Assembly (NCBI GenBank): GCA_903960845.1
Contig: CAJCCF010000198.1
Location: 4,338 to 68,337, forward strand
Length of the DNA: 64,000 bases
Direction of reading: 5' to 3'
From: an uncultured Verrucomicrobiota bacterium
Lineage (GTDB): Bacteria; Verrucomicrobiota; Verrucomicrobiia; Verrucomicrobiales; Verrucomicrobiaceae
The notes under the pieces were generated by a model. That model ran no database searches. It was not told where the DNA came from and was given only the letters and a program-made list of their open reading frames with translations. Shown piece after piece: positions 10,076 to 20,025 of this stretch (its first letter is position 1; the number at the start of each line of letters is the position of its first letter). Both the position numbers and the translations under genes were made by a program.

Positions 10076-11226
10076 ACTCGATTCTGCCGCCGATACACAC
10101 CAGGCGTCATGCCGGTCCGTTTGTGGAAAGCTTCGGCCATGTATTGAGGATGCTTGAATCCTGCGCGCTCGGCGATGGCATCCAGAGTCAGGTCCGTCTG
10201 GGTCAGGAGGCGCTCGACGTGGCTGAAGCGGATGCGGGTGATCTCCTCGCCCGGTGATCGGCCGATGAGCGCCTTCATCCTCCGCTCCAGGGCACTGCGG
10301 GACAGGGCAACCTCACGCGCCACGTCACCGACTCCAATGTTGGCGATCGCCCGCTCACGGATGAATTGCAGGGCCCGGGCGATGCGTGCATCCTCAACCG
10401 CCACGATGTCAGACGATTGCCGGACGATGATGTCTCCGGGTGGCAGCAGGGTCATGGCGGGAGGTCGCGTCTTCCTTTGCATCCATTCGTCGAGCATGCG
10501 TGCCGCGGCGTAACCAACACTTTGACCACGAAGCTGCACGCTCGAAAGTGGCGGCCACGCGGTCTCGCAGAGGGTTTTGTCATTTTCAGCGCCGATCACG
10601 GCGATCTCTTCGGGCGCGGAAATCCCGGCACGCCGTGCTGCATCCAGGATCCAGAAACCGAGCTGATCATTGCTGGCAAACACGGCGCAGGGTTTCTCCA
10701 GGGAGGTGAGCCAATCCGCCACGCGCCGTTGATGCTGATCCCAGCGCTGCGTCTTGCGCCCGGCAGATTCAGTTTCAAACACGGAGCACTCGAATCCGCG
10801 CTCCTTCAGCGTGTCGCGGTAGCTCTGGCAGCGTTGTTGAAAAAACAGTTCCGAGTTGTCCAGATAACAGGCGAAACGCCGGAATCCACGGTCCATGAAA
10901 TGCGCAGCCACACGCTGGCCGACGATTCGGTTGTCCATGCCCACAAAAGGAAACGGATGCTTCAATGCGGTCGAGCGCAGTTCGATCACTGGCAGTCTGG
11001 TGGCCTTGAGTTGCCGCAGCAGCGCCGGATCAATGGTGCGTGCCAGGATTCCATCGCCAGGCCATTTTTTCAGCCACTCGGGGAAGCTGGAGCGCAGGTC
11101 CCGCGACTCCAGATACAGCGACCACGGACCATGCTCCGCCACATACCGGCGGATGCCGCGAACGATGTCACGCCCATAGGAACGCGAAGTGTCGACCAGC
11201 ACGCCTACTTGAGGGATCGAGTCCAT
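10072..11226 (-). CDS. XylR-type transcriptional regulator (LacI-like sensor plus AraC HTH)
   Basis: DTSRSYGRDIVRGI N-terminus, PPLSSV, C-terminal AraC SRSALERR...IAERAGF...GMTPGVYR. Confidence 0.9.
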   Translation of the reverse strand: MDSIPQVGVLVDTSRSYGRDIVRGIRRYVAEHGPWSLYLESRDLRSSFPEWLKKWPGDGILARTIDPALLRQLKATRLPVIELRSTALKHPFPFVGMDNRIVGQRVAAHFMDRGFRRFACYLDNSELFFQQRCQSYRDTLKERGFECSVFETESAGRKTQRWDQHQRRVADWLTSLEKPCAVFASNDQLGFWILDAARRAGISAPEEIAVIGAENDKTLCETAWPPLSSVQLRGQSVGYAAARMLDEWMQRKTRPPAMTLLPPGDIIVRQSSDIVAVEDARIARALQFIRERAIANIGVGDVAREVALSRSALERRMKALIGRSPGEEITRIRFSHVERLLTQTDLTLDAIAERAGFKHPQYMAEAFHKRTGMTPGVYRRQNRV

Positions 11227-11235
11227 GGGCAGGGG

Positions 11236-11616
11236 TTAAGCCAGAAAGACCTGCGCCATCGCCAGCTCGCGGGTGTGGGTCAGGGAGATGAGCATTGAGG
11301 TAACGCCCTGCTGATCGGCGTGCGTCTTTGCGCCGCCATGCAACAGCAGGGTTGGCCTGCCGGATGCCTCACGAACGACTTCAATGTCCTTCCAATCCAC
11401 GCCCTGCGCCCAGAGCCCGGTGCCGATGGCCTTCGCTGCCGCTTCCTTGGCGGCAAAGCGCGCCGCATAATGCATGGCGGAATCAGCGCAGGAGTCGCAG
11501 TAGGCGATCTCACCGGCGGTGAAGGTTCGCTCTTTGAACCGCTCGCCATGATTCTTGAGCAGGCCGCGAATGCGGCCAACTTCCACAAGATCAATGCCCA
11601 GGCCGAGAGGTGTCAT
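11236..11616 (-). CDS. acpS: Holo-ACP synthase
   Basis: GLGIDLVE, AARFAAKEA, SLTH motifs; coupled to pdxJ. Confidence 0.95.
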   Translation of the reverse strand: MTPLGLGIDLVEVGRIRGLLKNHGERFKERTFTAGEIAYCDSCADSAMHYAARFAAKEAAAKAIGTGLWAQGVDWKDIEVVREASGRPTLLLHGGAKTHADQQGVTSMLISLTHTRELAMAQVFLA

Positions 11617-12362
11617 GCGTTCGGATACTCTTTCATCAACTCCAGCATCTCATGGATCGCGGTGCGGAGTCCGACGAACACGGAGCGCGCCACGATGCTG
11701 TGCCCAATGTTCAGTTCGGCCAAATGCGGCACGATGAACAGCTCGCGCAGGTTTTTGGTGGTCAGGCCGTGCCCGGCATTGATCTGCAATCCGAGAGCCT
11801 GCCCCAGTTCCGCAGCCGTCTTCAGACGTGCGGCTTCGACGGAGCGCTGCGCGCCGAGTTCGTTGGCAAAAGTGCCGGTATGCAGCTCGATCATGCTCGC
11901 GCCGATCTCTGCGGAGGCGCGCACCTGATCAAGGTCCGGGTCGATAAACATGCTTACGCGGGTGCCATTTTGCTCGAGTTGAGTCACGCTCGCACGCAGG
12001 GCTGCCTTTTGCCCGATGACATCCAACCCTCCCTCCGTGGTGACCTCCTCGCGGTTCTCCGGCACCATGCAGACGAAATGCGGCCTCACTTTCAGGGCGA
12101 TTCCGAGGATCTCGGGTGTGTTGCCCATCTCCAGATTCATCATCGTGCCGATTTCACGGCGCAGCAGGAAGACATCTTCATCGACGATGTGCCGGCGGTC
12201 TGCGCGCAGGTGCACCGTGATTGAGTGCGCACCCGCCGCCTCTGCCTCCAGGGCAGCTTGCAGGATGGAGGGTTCGACATTGTGTGCACCGGGCATGGTG
12301 CGGTAACGCGCCTGCCGGAGCGTGGCGATGTGGTCGATATTGACACCTAGATGGAGAGGCAT
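11613..12362 (-). CDS. pdxJ: Pyridoxine 5'-phosphate synthase
   Basis: LGVNIDHIATLRQAR, ITVHLRADRRHI, TTEGGLD, NAGHGL, ELNIGHS motifs. Confidence 0.97.
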   Translation of the reverse strand: MPLHLGVNIDHIATLRQARYRTMPGAHNVEPSILQAALEAEAAGAHSITVHLRADRRHIVDEDVFLLRREIGTMMNLEMGNTPEILGIALKVRPHFVCMVPENREEVTTEGGLDVIGQKAALRASVTQLEQNGTRVSMFIDPDLDQVRASAEIGASMIELHTGTFANELGAQRSVEAARLKTAAELGQALGLQINAGHGLTTKNLRELFIVPHLAELNIGHSIVARSVFVGLRTAIHEMLELMKEYPNA

Positions 12363-12548
12363 GGTAGTCCTGAGACATCACAGATGACGCGCGCGTCGGC
12401 AACCGGCATCTCATGGCAAAACTAAGCCGGGAACGCTTGCCTGAATCCGCTTCCTCCTGTAGGCAGGAGTCAATCTGGAACGTAGGAAAGAATGCCCACT
12501 CTCTCTTCGTGTTTCATTTCTTCCCTTTTTCGACCCCTCGTTACTCCC

Positions 12549-13550
12549 ATGTCCGACTCCGCTGCCGCCGCCTCCCTCGTTTCTGGTTTCAAAAAACTCA
12601 AAGCTGCCCTGAGCAAGCGGATCGTCGGGCAGGATGCCGTGATCGAGCAAGTCTTCATCGCCATCGCCGCAGGTGGCCACAGCCTGCTGGAGGGAGTTCC
12701 CGGACTGGCCAAGACACTGCTCGTCAAATCTCTGGCTGACGCCATGCACCTCGGCTTTCGCCGCATTCAATTCACGCCGGATTTGATGCCTGCGGACATC
12801 ACCGGCACGGAGATCATTCAGGAGGATGCCGAGACCGGACGCCGGAAACTGGTCTTCCAGCAGGGCCCCATTTTCGCCCAGATCATCCTGGCAGACGAAA
12901 TCAACCGCACACCGCCGAAGACTCAGGCCGCCCTGCTCGAAGCCATGCAGGAAAAATGCGTGACTGTCGGCCAGACAACCTATGAGCTGCCGAAGCCCTT
13001 TTTTGTTCTCGCCACTCAAAATCCCATCGAGCAGGAAGGCACCTATCCGCTGCCTGAAGCGCAAAAAGACCGCTTCCTTTTCCTCATCAAAGTCGATTAC
13101 CCGAACCGCGATGAAGAGCGCGAAATCGTTGCCCGCACCACCGGTGGTGTGCAGGAGGAAATTCAGGCCGTCATCACTGCTGAGGAGTTGCAGGCCGCCC
13201 AGGCGCTTGCCCGTAAAGTCCCCGTCCCGGATCACGTCACCGATTTCGTTCTCGATCTGGTTCGCGCCACCCGGCCAAACGAGCCTGATGCCCTGCCTTA
13301 CGTGAAAGAGATGCTCAGCTGGGGTGCCGGTCCGCGTGCCAGCCAGATGCTTGTCCTTGCCGGCAAAGTGCGCGCCCTGCTGCACAATCGCACCCACGTC
13401 ACAGTGGACGACATCGAGGCGCTCGCCATGCCCGCATTGAGGCACCGCCTCGTGCCCACTTTCCATGCGGAAGCTGAAGGAGTGACCGTTGACATGATTG
13501 TGGCGGAGATCATCAAGAAGGTGAAGAAGGCGGAAGCTCGGGTGCTTTGA
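12549..13550 (+). CDS. MoxR family AAA+ ATPase
   Basis: [49 protein letters not shown] motifs. Confidence 0.95.
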   Translation: MSDSAAAASLVSGFKKLKAALSKRIVGQDAVIEQVFIAIAAGGHSLLEGVPGLAKTLLVKSLADAMHLGFRRIQFTPDLMPADITGTEIIQEDAETGRRKLVFQQGPIFAQIILADEINRTPPKTQAALLEAMQEKCVTVGQTTYELPKPFFVLATQNPIEQEGTYPLPEAQKDRFLFLIKVDYPNRDEEREIVARTTGGVQEEIQAVITAEELQAAQALARKVPVPDHVTDFVLDLVRATRPNEPDALPYVKEMLSWGAGPRASQMLVLAGKVRALLHNRTHVTVDDIEALAMPALRHRLVPTFHAEAEGVTVDMIVAEIIKKVKKAEARVL

Positions 13551-13564
13551 TGCGGAGCAATGTC

Positions 13565-13666
13565 ACAGGATTAACAAGATTCTCAGGATGCACAGGATTC
13601 TTCAATCCAAGTCTTTGCCTTCCAATTTTCTGAATCTTGTTAATCCTCCAATCCTGTTAATCCTGT
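13565..13666. repeat. Palindromic element made of 9-bp units (4 x ACAGGATTA-like, spacer, 4 x TAATCCTGT-like)
   Basis: acaggatta/acaagattc/tcaggatgc/acaggattc ... gaatcttgt/taatcctcc/aatcctgt/taatcctgt, read directly. Confidence 0.75.
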
Positions 13667-13680
13667 AATCAAGAGCCCCG

Positions 13681-14574
13681 ATGGCCACCCTCTCCTCCAT
13701 CCTCGAAGCCGAAGACATCACGAGTCTGCATAACCTGCAGCTCTTCGCGCGCACCGTGGTGGAGGGATTCACGTCCGGGCATCACACCTCGCCTCACAAG
13801 GGATTCAGCGTCGAGTTCCGCCAGCACCGGCCCTATGTGCAGGGGGATGATATCCGGCGTTTGGATTGGAAAATCTTCGGTCGCGCGGACCGCTTCTACA
13901 TTCGTGAGTTCGACGAGGAAACCAACCTGCGCGCCACCATCGTGCTCGATGCCAGCGGCAGCATGGCTTATCGCGGACAGAAGGGGGTGTTGAAGTTTGA
14001 CTACGCCCGCAAGCTCGCAGCAGCCATGGCCTATCTGCTCATGTCCCAGCAGGATGCCGTGGGCCTGATCACCTTTGACAGCAAGGTCCGCGACTTCATT
14101 CCGAATCAGACCCGCATCACTCATCTGCATCACGTCCTGGAGACAATGATCAAGACCGAGCCCGGCAAGGACACCGCCCTTGCCCCCGTGCTTGAATCCC
14201 TCGCGCAGCGCCTGAAGCGCCGTGGGCTGGTCATCCTCATCAGTGACTTCTTTGACGATCCTGCGGCCCTGCTCAAGGCCATTGGCGTGCTGCGCAAAAA
14301 AGGTCATGAGATCATCGCCATGCAACTCTGGGATCGCGATGAACTGGAGTTTCCCTTCGGCCAGTGGTCACGCTTCGAGAACCTCGAAAAGGATGAAGAC
14401 TTCCTCCTCCTCGACCCGGCCACGATCCGTCAGCGTTACCTTGAAGTGCTCAAGAACTTCCAGGAGCAGCTCAAAGACGGTCTGCGCAAACACCAAGTCG
14501 ATTTCCTGTCACTCCCAACCGATGAACCCCATGCCGCGGCATTGAGGAGTTATCTGGCCTTGCGGATGCGCTGA
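13681..14574 (+). CDS. DUF58 domain protein (vWA-like MoxR partner)
   Basis: GHHTSPHKGFSVEFRQHRPY, GDDIRRLDWK, LDASGSM, LISDF motifs. Confidence 0.93.
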   Translation: MATLSSILEAEDITSLHNLQLFARTVVEGFTSGHHTSPHKGFSVEFRQHRPYVQGDDIRRLDWKIFGRADRFYIREFDEETNLRATIVLDASGSMAYRGQKGVLKFDYARKLAAAMAYLLMSQQDAVGLITFDSKVRDFIPNQTRITHLHHVLETMIKTEPGKDTALAPVLESLAQRLKRRGLVILISDFFDDPAALLKAIGVLRKKGHEIIAMQLWDRDELEFPFGQWSRFENLEKDEDFLLLDPATIRQRYLEVLKNFQEQLKDGLRKHQVDFLSLPTDEPHAAALRSYLALRMR

Positions 14575-14586
14575 GACGAACCGCAA

Positions 14587-14712
14587 GAATGACAAATTTC
14601 TAAATCCGAATGACGAAAGAAACCCAAAGCTCGAATGACAAATCCACGAAGACGAAAGCGTCCGTGGATTCATCCTTCGGATTTCAGGGATCATCATTCC
14701 TTCGTCAGTCCT
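14587..14712. repeat. Intergenic element with repeated GAATGAC units and a central inverted repeat
   Basis: GAATGAC at 14587, 14608 and 14633; AATCCACG (14641-48) pairs with CGTGGATT (14663-70); degenerate TCATTC/TTCGTCA on the right arm. Confidence 0.55.
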
Positions 14713-14731
14713 CACCCCCGCCACTCCCCTC

Positions 14732-16870
14732 ATGACGTTCCTCAACGCCATCCTCCTCGCGGGCGCTGCGGCCTTTCTCATCCCGCTCCTGATTCACCTG
14801 CTGAACAAGCGCAAGGTGCAGACGGTGCGCTGGGGGGCGATGCATCTGCTTCAGGAAGTGATCCGGCAGCGGAAGCGCAAGTTTAACATTGAGCAGTGGC
14901 TGCTGCTGGCCGTGCGCATCGCGATTCCCATTGTGCTGGCAATCTGTCTGGCGCGGCCTGTTCTCACCGCCCTGCGGTCATTCGGACTCGGCAAGACCTC
15001 GCTGGTGATGATGCTGGATGATTCATTCTCGATGCGCGCGCCCTCCGCTGGCGGTTCACCGGCAGAGCGGGCACGAGTCGATGTCGGGCACATGCTGGAG
15101 GCTCAACCGAAGGGTTCCGATGCCCAGATCGTGCTTGCCGGCGGCAATGCGCGGCGCCTGCTGGATCAATCCACCAGCACGCTGGACGTGATCCCGAAGC
15201 AACTCGCCGAGACGCCAAATCAGGCCGGTCCCGTCAAGATCAATGACGCGCTGCAAACAGCGGCTGCATCACTTTCCAAAGCCTCAAGTGGATCACGCGA
15301 ACTCGCCATCGTTTCCGACTTTCAGGCCAGCGACTGGCAGAGCGCGGCGGATGGAGCCGCGCTGCCCGCCCTTGAGGCGCTGCTCAAGCAGGAGCCAAAA
15401 CCCCAGGTCACCTTTTACCGGCTTGCCAGCGACCTGACGGAGAATCTCAGCATCGCCAGCGCTGATCTGTCCGCGCTCGTTGTGGCACAGGAGCAGCCCA
15501 TCGGACTGCGGGTGCGGATTCAAAATCATGGAAAGCGCCCGTGGCAGGATGTGGCTGTTCATTTGGAAGCCGACGGGGCGCGACTGCGCACTTCGCGTGT
15601 CAGTCTGCCGCCTGAAGGCGAGGCCGTGATCGGCTTCACGCACACTTTCGACAAGGTCGGCGATCACTCGCTGGCCGTGCGCCTGGAGGGCGACAGCTTC
15701 CCGGACGACAATGCCTTCTACTCGGTGGTGCAGGTGCGTAACCAATTGAATGTTTTGCTTGTCGATGGCGATTCGAGCACCGGGCCGCTGGAGGGAGCCG
15801 CCGACTTTCTGGAACTGGCCCTGACTCCCTACAAGTCGGCCAGCGCCTCGCTCAAAGACCTGATCCGCACCACCAAGGTGGATGCCAAACGGCTGCGGGA
15901 GACCGACTACAAAGGCATGGAGGTCATTGTGCTCGCCGATGTGGATCGCTTGCAGGGCAGTCGCCTCACAGAGCTTGATAAGTTTGTGAAGGCGGGAGGC
16001 GGGCTCATCGTCTTCGCCGGGCCGCACTGCGACCTGGATTGGTACAACCGTGATTTTTTCCGCAAAGGTGAAGGCCTGCTGCCGGCCGGCATCAAGGGCC
16101 TGCAGCGCGCCGCCAGCGCCTCCATGCCGGCGCGCATCCAGCAGCAGCGTCTCACGCATCCGGCAACGGTTTACTTCAACGACGCGCGCGGCGGGCGTTT
16201 GCAGGATGCGGAGTTCCAGAGCTGGCTGGAGTTTGATCAGGCCGGGGACACCAGCGCCAAACCAATTTTGCAATTGGATCGCGGCACACCCCTGTTCATC
16301 GAAAAAGCCCGCGAGCGCGGCCGTGTCGTCTTTGCCGCCACCACGGCCGATGCCGAGTGGTCGAACCTTCCGTTGCAGCCCTTCTTTGTGCCGCTCATGC
16401 AGCGGCTGGTCACTTATCTCGCGACGCAGAGCACCATCAGCGCCTGGGATCAGGTGGGCGCGCCGCTGCGGATCGTTTTCCCCAAAGAGCGTGTCGGTGT
16501 CGAATACACGCTGCGCGACCCCACCGGGCAGACGCAGACCATCAAGGTCAAGGCTGATGGCGACAAATCCCTGCTCGAAACGAAAGCCATCTCCGTGCCG
16601 GGCATCTACAAGCTCACGCAGGGCAGTGACACACGCCTGCTCGCCTACAATCTGGATCCGGCCGAATCCAATCTCAAACCCCTGCCGGCCGACAAGGTCA
16701 GGCAGCTCGCGTCCCGCCATGACGCCGCCTTTGTCGAGTCCTTTGAGGGTTGGCAAAAACTCGACCGCACCCGACGTCACGGCAGTGAGCTGTGGCAGCC
16801 GTTTTTGATCGCTTTACTGGCCCTGCTATTTCTTGAAGTCATGCTTCAGCAACGGATTGCAAGAGGATGA
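14732..16870 (+). CDS. BatA N-terminal / vWA / Ig-like / GATase-like membrane protein
   Basis: MTFLN...PLLIHLL...LLLAVR...LARP (BatA double-TM), LDDSFSM MIDAS, IVSDFQ, DNAF, GGGLIVF, C-terminal ELWQPFL TM. Confidence 0.9.
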   Translation: MTFLNAILLAGAAAFLIPLLIHLLNKRKVQTVRWGAMHLLQEVIRQRKRKFNIEQWLLLAVRIAIPIVLAICLARPVLTALRSFGLGKTSLVMMLDDSFSMRAPSAGGSPAERARVDVGHMLEAQPKGSDAQIVLAGGNARRLLDQSTSTLDVIPKQLAETPNQAGPVKINDALQTAAASLSKASSGSRELAIVSDFQASDWQSAADGAALPALEALLKQEPKPQVTFYRLASDLTENLSIASADLSALVVAQEQPIGLRVRIQNHGKRPWQDVAVHLEADGARLRTSRVSLPPEGEAVIGFTHTFDKVGDHSLAVRLEGDSFPDDNAFYSVVQVRNQLNVLLVDGDSSTGPLEGAADFLELALTPYKSASASLKDLIRTTKVDAKRLRETDYKGMEVIVLADVDRLQGSRLTELDKFVKAGGGLIVFAGPHCDLDWYNRDFFRKGEGLLPAGIKGLQRAASASMPARIQQQRLTHPATVYFNDARGGRLQDAEFQSWLEFDQAGDTSAKPILQLDRGTPLFIEKARERGRVVFAATTADAEWSNLPLQPFFVPLMQRLVTYLATQSTISAWDQVGAPLRIVFPKERVGVEYTLRDPTGQTQTIKVKADGDKSLLETKAISVPGIYKLTQGSDTRLLAYNLDPAESNLKPLPADKVRQLASRHDAAFVESFEGWQKLDRTRRHGSELWQPFLIALLALLFLEVMLQQRIARG

Positions 16871-17041
16871 AGCATTCGAACCACTGCCATGCACTCATGA
16901 TCCACGTTGCTTCTTTTCTACCCGTCTTTGTTTGTACCTTGTTTATCCCGGGGTGCGGAGCTGCGAAGAAAAGGTTAGCCCGTCAAATTTCACGCCTAAG
17001 GCTCATATTGAAATCACCACTTTCAGACTTAACCTAGCCGT

Positions 17042-17290
17042 ATGACAACCGCCCAGCCCACCAGCCACCTGGACAGGATCGTGATTGATCCTGAAATCTG
17101 TCATGGCAAGCCTGTCATTCGTGGCCTCCGCTACCCAGTGGAGACACTTCTTGAGTACCTCGCGGGGGGCGACAGTTTCGACGATGTGCTGGCCGAGTTT
17201 TCAGACCTTGATCGCGAGGATTTACTCGCCTGCATTCAGTTCGCCAATCAATCCCTCAAACTTCGGAGCTGGCAGCTCGTCGCCGCATGA
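17042..17290 (+). CDS. DUF433 domain antitoxin
   Basis: RIVIDPEICHGKPVIRGLRYPVE...L...DL...A signature. Confidence 0.92.
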   Translation: MTTAQPTSHLDRIVIDPEICHGKPVIRGLRYPVETLLEYLAGGDSFDDVLAEFSDLDREDLLACIQFANQSLKLRSWQLVAA

Positions 17291-17640
17291 AGTTTCTGAT
17301 CGATGCACACCTTCCGCCGAGCCTGCGTCAGGTCATCGCGGCTGCCGGTCATGAGGCCATCCACACCTTGGATCTGCCCGATCAGAACGCTGCCAAAGAT
17401 GGCGTTCTCAACCGCGTTTCCATGGCTGAACAACGAGTGGTCATCACCAAGGATACCGACTTTTATTACTCCCACCTTTTGCATGGCCGTCCATGGAAAC
17501 TCGTGCTGGTGCGAACAGGTAATATGAGTCTCAAAGCCACACGCGAAATGTTTGAACAGCATCTTCAAGACATTGTAGTCGCGCTTGAAAGCTGCACGCT
17601 GGTCGAACTGGATCAAAAGAAAATCGCCGTTATCGCCTGA
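17287..17640 (+). CDS. DUF5615 (VapC45-like) PIN toxin
   Basis: MKFLIDAHLP...GHEAIH...D...RVVITKDTDF; ATGA overlap with the DUF433 gene. Confidence 0.9.
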   Translation: MKFLIDAHLPPSLRQVIAAAGHEAIHTLDLPDQNAAKDGVLNRVSMAEQRVVITKDTDFYYSHLLHGRPWKLVLVRTGNMSLKATREMFEQHLQDIVVALESCTLVELDQKKIAVIA

Positions 17641-19935
17641 ATGAACCCCACCACTGAAACCACCCTTCGCTTCACCGGTGACTATCCTGTCACGACAGTG
17701 TGGCTGCTGGCGTTTGGATTGGCGGCGGCGATGTGGTTTCTTTACCGGCGGGAACTGAAGTTTGTCGGGAGTGCCTGGGGTTGGGTGCCTGCGGCGTTGC
17801 GCTGCCTGTCGGTGTTCCTGCTGGTGCTGGCTTTGTCCGGACCGGTCATGAGGCGTGAGACGACTCAGCGCCAGCTTGGACGTGTGGTACTGGCGGTGGA
17901 TACTTCCGCCAGCATGAAGCTGGAGGATGAGGGTGGAGTGGCGCGCCTGCTCCGTGCTGAGAAAATGCTGCTGGGCGGCACGACCCCTCTTTTGAAGAAG
18001 CTGACGGAAACGCAGGATGTGGAATTGGTGCTGCTGCGCGGTCAGCAAACGCAGCGCGTGTGGTGGAACCGGCAAAAAGGAAAAGATGTTTCAGGCGATC
18101 TGCCGGGGACCTTCGAGGTGCAGGCGGATGCGCCCATCACGAATCTGGACAATGCCTTGCGTGATGCGCTCGGCCCCGTGACACCGGGCACAGCGCTGGT
18201 GGTGCTCACGGATGGTCAGCACAACGGTCCGGGATCTCCGGAGGAATTTGCCTCGACGATGAAGGCTGCAAGCACGCCTATTTTCACGGTTGGTTTCGGC
18301 AGCGAGGTGCCACCGCCGGATTTAAGCGTGGTCAACGTCGTCACCGCGGAATCCGTGTTCACTGAGGAGAACCTGCAGGGTCGCGTTTTGATCAGCGATT
18401 CGCTGCCCGCCGGCACCCCCGCTTTGGTCAAGATCACCAGTGCGGGCAAGACGATGTGGGAGCAGCCTTTCAACGGCGACGGCAAGGGTGAACGCCGCTT
18501 TGACTTCCAATTCCCGGTCAAGGAGTTGCCCGCCGCGCCAGCGACGGAGCGGGACAAGACGCTGCGCCTCCTGAACGTGCAGGTCGCGGTGCAGGGTGAG
18601 CGCTCCAATCTCGAAAAAACGCGCTCAAACAACAGTCGTGAAGTCGCACTGCATTTGCTGACGAAGAAGCGCAAGGTGCTGATTCTGGATGGCCGCCCGC
18701 GATGGGAGACACGCTACATCCACAATCACTTTGATCGCGATGAACGCTGGGAATCGAAGCTGATTTTCGATGATTACGCGGAGAAGATTGACGATGGCTC
18801 GGTTCAAAAACTCTTCCCTGTCACGCGGGTGGATTTGCTCAGCTATGATCTCATCCTGCTCGGTGATCTTTCGCCCTCGCGTTTCAAAGAGTTTCAACTC
18901 GACTGGCTTCTGGAATTTGTCGAGAAACGCGGTGGCGGCCTGGTGCTCATCGACGGTTTTCATGGTCATCTCAAAGAATGGGCCAAGGGCAAAACCGCCC
19001 CTCTGATTCCTGTGGCCTGGCCGGGCAAAAGCGGCACGCTGGCCAAGAACATCGTCTGGCATCTCACTCCCGATGGCGAGCGGCAGCAGGCTCTGCGCCT
19101 GAGTGACAGCCCGAGTGCCAATGTCACGCTGTGGCCGACATTGCCGGAGATGCGCTGGGCGGCGCAGGTCACGGCCCAGTCGGGAGCTGTCACCCTGGCA
19201 ACCTTGGGAGCCAGCGGTAGCGCCGCGCTGCCTGCCGCTGTCTTCAGACCAGTGGGTGCAGGGGCGGTGCTTTATCTGGCGACGGACGATCTTTGGCGCT
19301 GGCGGTTTCAGGTGGGTGATCTCTATCATCAACGATTGTGGATGCAGCTCGCGGCATGGGTCGCAGCACCGCCATTCCAGGCTGAGGACAAGAAGCTCTC
19401 CATCGGCACTGACCGCATGCGCTACACGCCTGGAGAGCAGAGTGAGATCCGTGTCCGCGTGCGCAATGCCGCGGGTGAACTCGTGAGTGATGCCGAACCG
19501 CGCGCCTTTGTTCTGCTGGATGGCAAAGAGATCGCCACGCTGCAACTGGAGCCTGATACCACACACTTCGGCGTCTACCGCGCGCTGACGCCTCCCCTGA
19601 AAGCCGGGGCCTATGAGATCGCGGTCGCTGAAAGTCCCTCTGCGGCGCGCAGTGACCTTCGCCTCTCGCTCCGTGTGGCAGATGCCGGCAATCCCGAGTG
19701 GGCCACGCTGACGATGAACCGGCCGATGCTTGAAGCGATGGCGAATGCCTCGGGTGGTCGCTTTCTCAGGGAGGAGCAGGCTGCCACGGAGTTGCCCAAT
19801 CTGCTCAAATCCATCGATCGCAAGCAGATCACCATCCAGGAAACGGCCCTTTGGTCGAGTTGGTGGTGGTTTACCCCCGTGATCTTGTTGCTGAGCGCCG
19901 AGTGGCTGTTGCGCAAGCGCCTGAAGCTCGTCTGA
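17641..19935 (+). CDS. vWA / GATase-like domain membrane protein of the MoxR operon
   Basis: N-terminal TMs, VDTSASM, LTDG, VLILDGRPRWETRY, DDLWRWR, C-terminal LSAEWLLRKR. Confidence 0.88.
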   Translation: MNPTTETTLRFTGDYPVTTVWLLAFGLAAAMWFLYRRELKFVGSAWGWVPAALRCLSVFLLVLALSGPVMRRETTQRQLGRVVLAVDTSASMKLEDEGGVARLLRAEKMLLGGTTPLLKKLTETQDVELVLLRGQQTQRVWWNRQKGKDVSGDLPGTFEVQADAPITNLDNALRDALGPVTPGTALVVLTDGQHNGPGSPEEFASTMKAASTPIFTVGFGSEVPPPDLSVVNVVTAESVFTEENLQGRVLISDSLPAGTPALVKITSAGKTMWEQPFNGDGKGERRFDFQFPVKELPAAPATERDKTLRLLNVQVAVQGERSNLEKTRSNNSREVALHLLTKKRKVLILDGRPRWETRYIHNHFDRDERWESKLIFDDYAEKIDDGSVQKLFPVTRVDLLSYDLILLGDLSPSRFKEFQLDWLLEFVEKRGGGLVLIDGFHGHLKEWAKGKTAPLIPVAWPGKSGTLAKNIVWHLTPDGERQQALRLSDSPSANVTLWPTLPEMRWAAQVTAQSGAVTLATLGASGSAALPAAVFRPVGAGAVLYLATDDLWRWRFQVGDLYHQRLWMQLAAWVAAPPFQAEDKKLSIGTDRMRYTPGEQSEIRVRVRNAAGELVSDAEPRAFVLLDGKEIATLQLEPDTTHFGVYRALTPPLKAGAYEIAVAESPSAARSDLRLSLRVADAGNPEWATLTMNRPMLEAMANASGGRFLREEQAATELPNLLKSIDRKQITIQETALWSSWWWFTPVILLLSAEWLLRKRLKLV

Positions 19936-20025
19936 TTTCAGCCGCCGCGATTTCCGGACGGGATCGGGAAGATAACCACGCTTGACCCTGAATGGCCGAC
20001 TTCTACTTTCGCCCCCTTTTGCCCG

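Noticed and set aside
11236-11616. acpS as the dedicated PPTase of the ACP-condensation gene
   Set aside because: It is the standard pdxJ-acpS housekeeping pair, on the opposite strand and 8 kb away.
13565-13666. Short repeats as a CRISPR array
   Set aside because: Units are 9 bp, adjacent and inverted, with no unique spacers; no cas genes.
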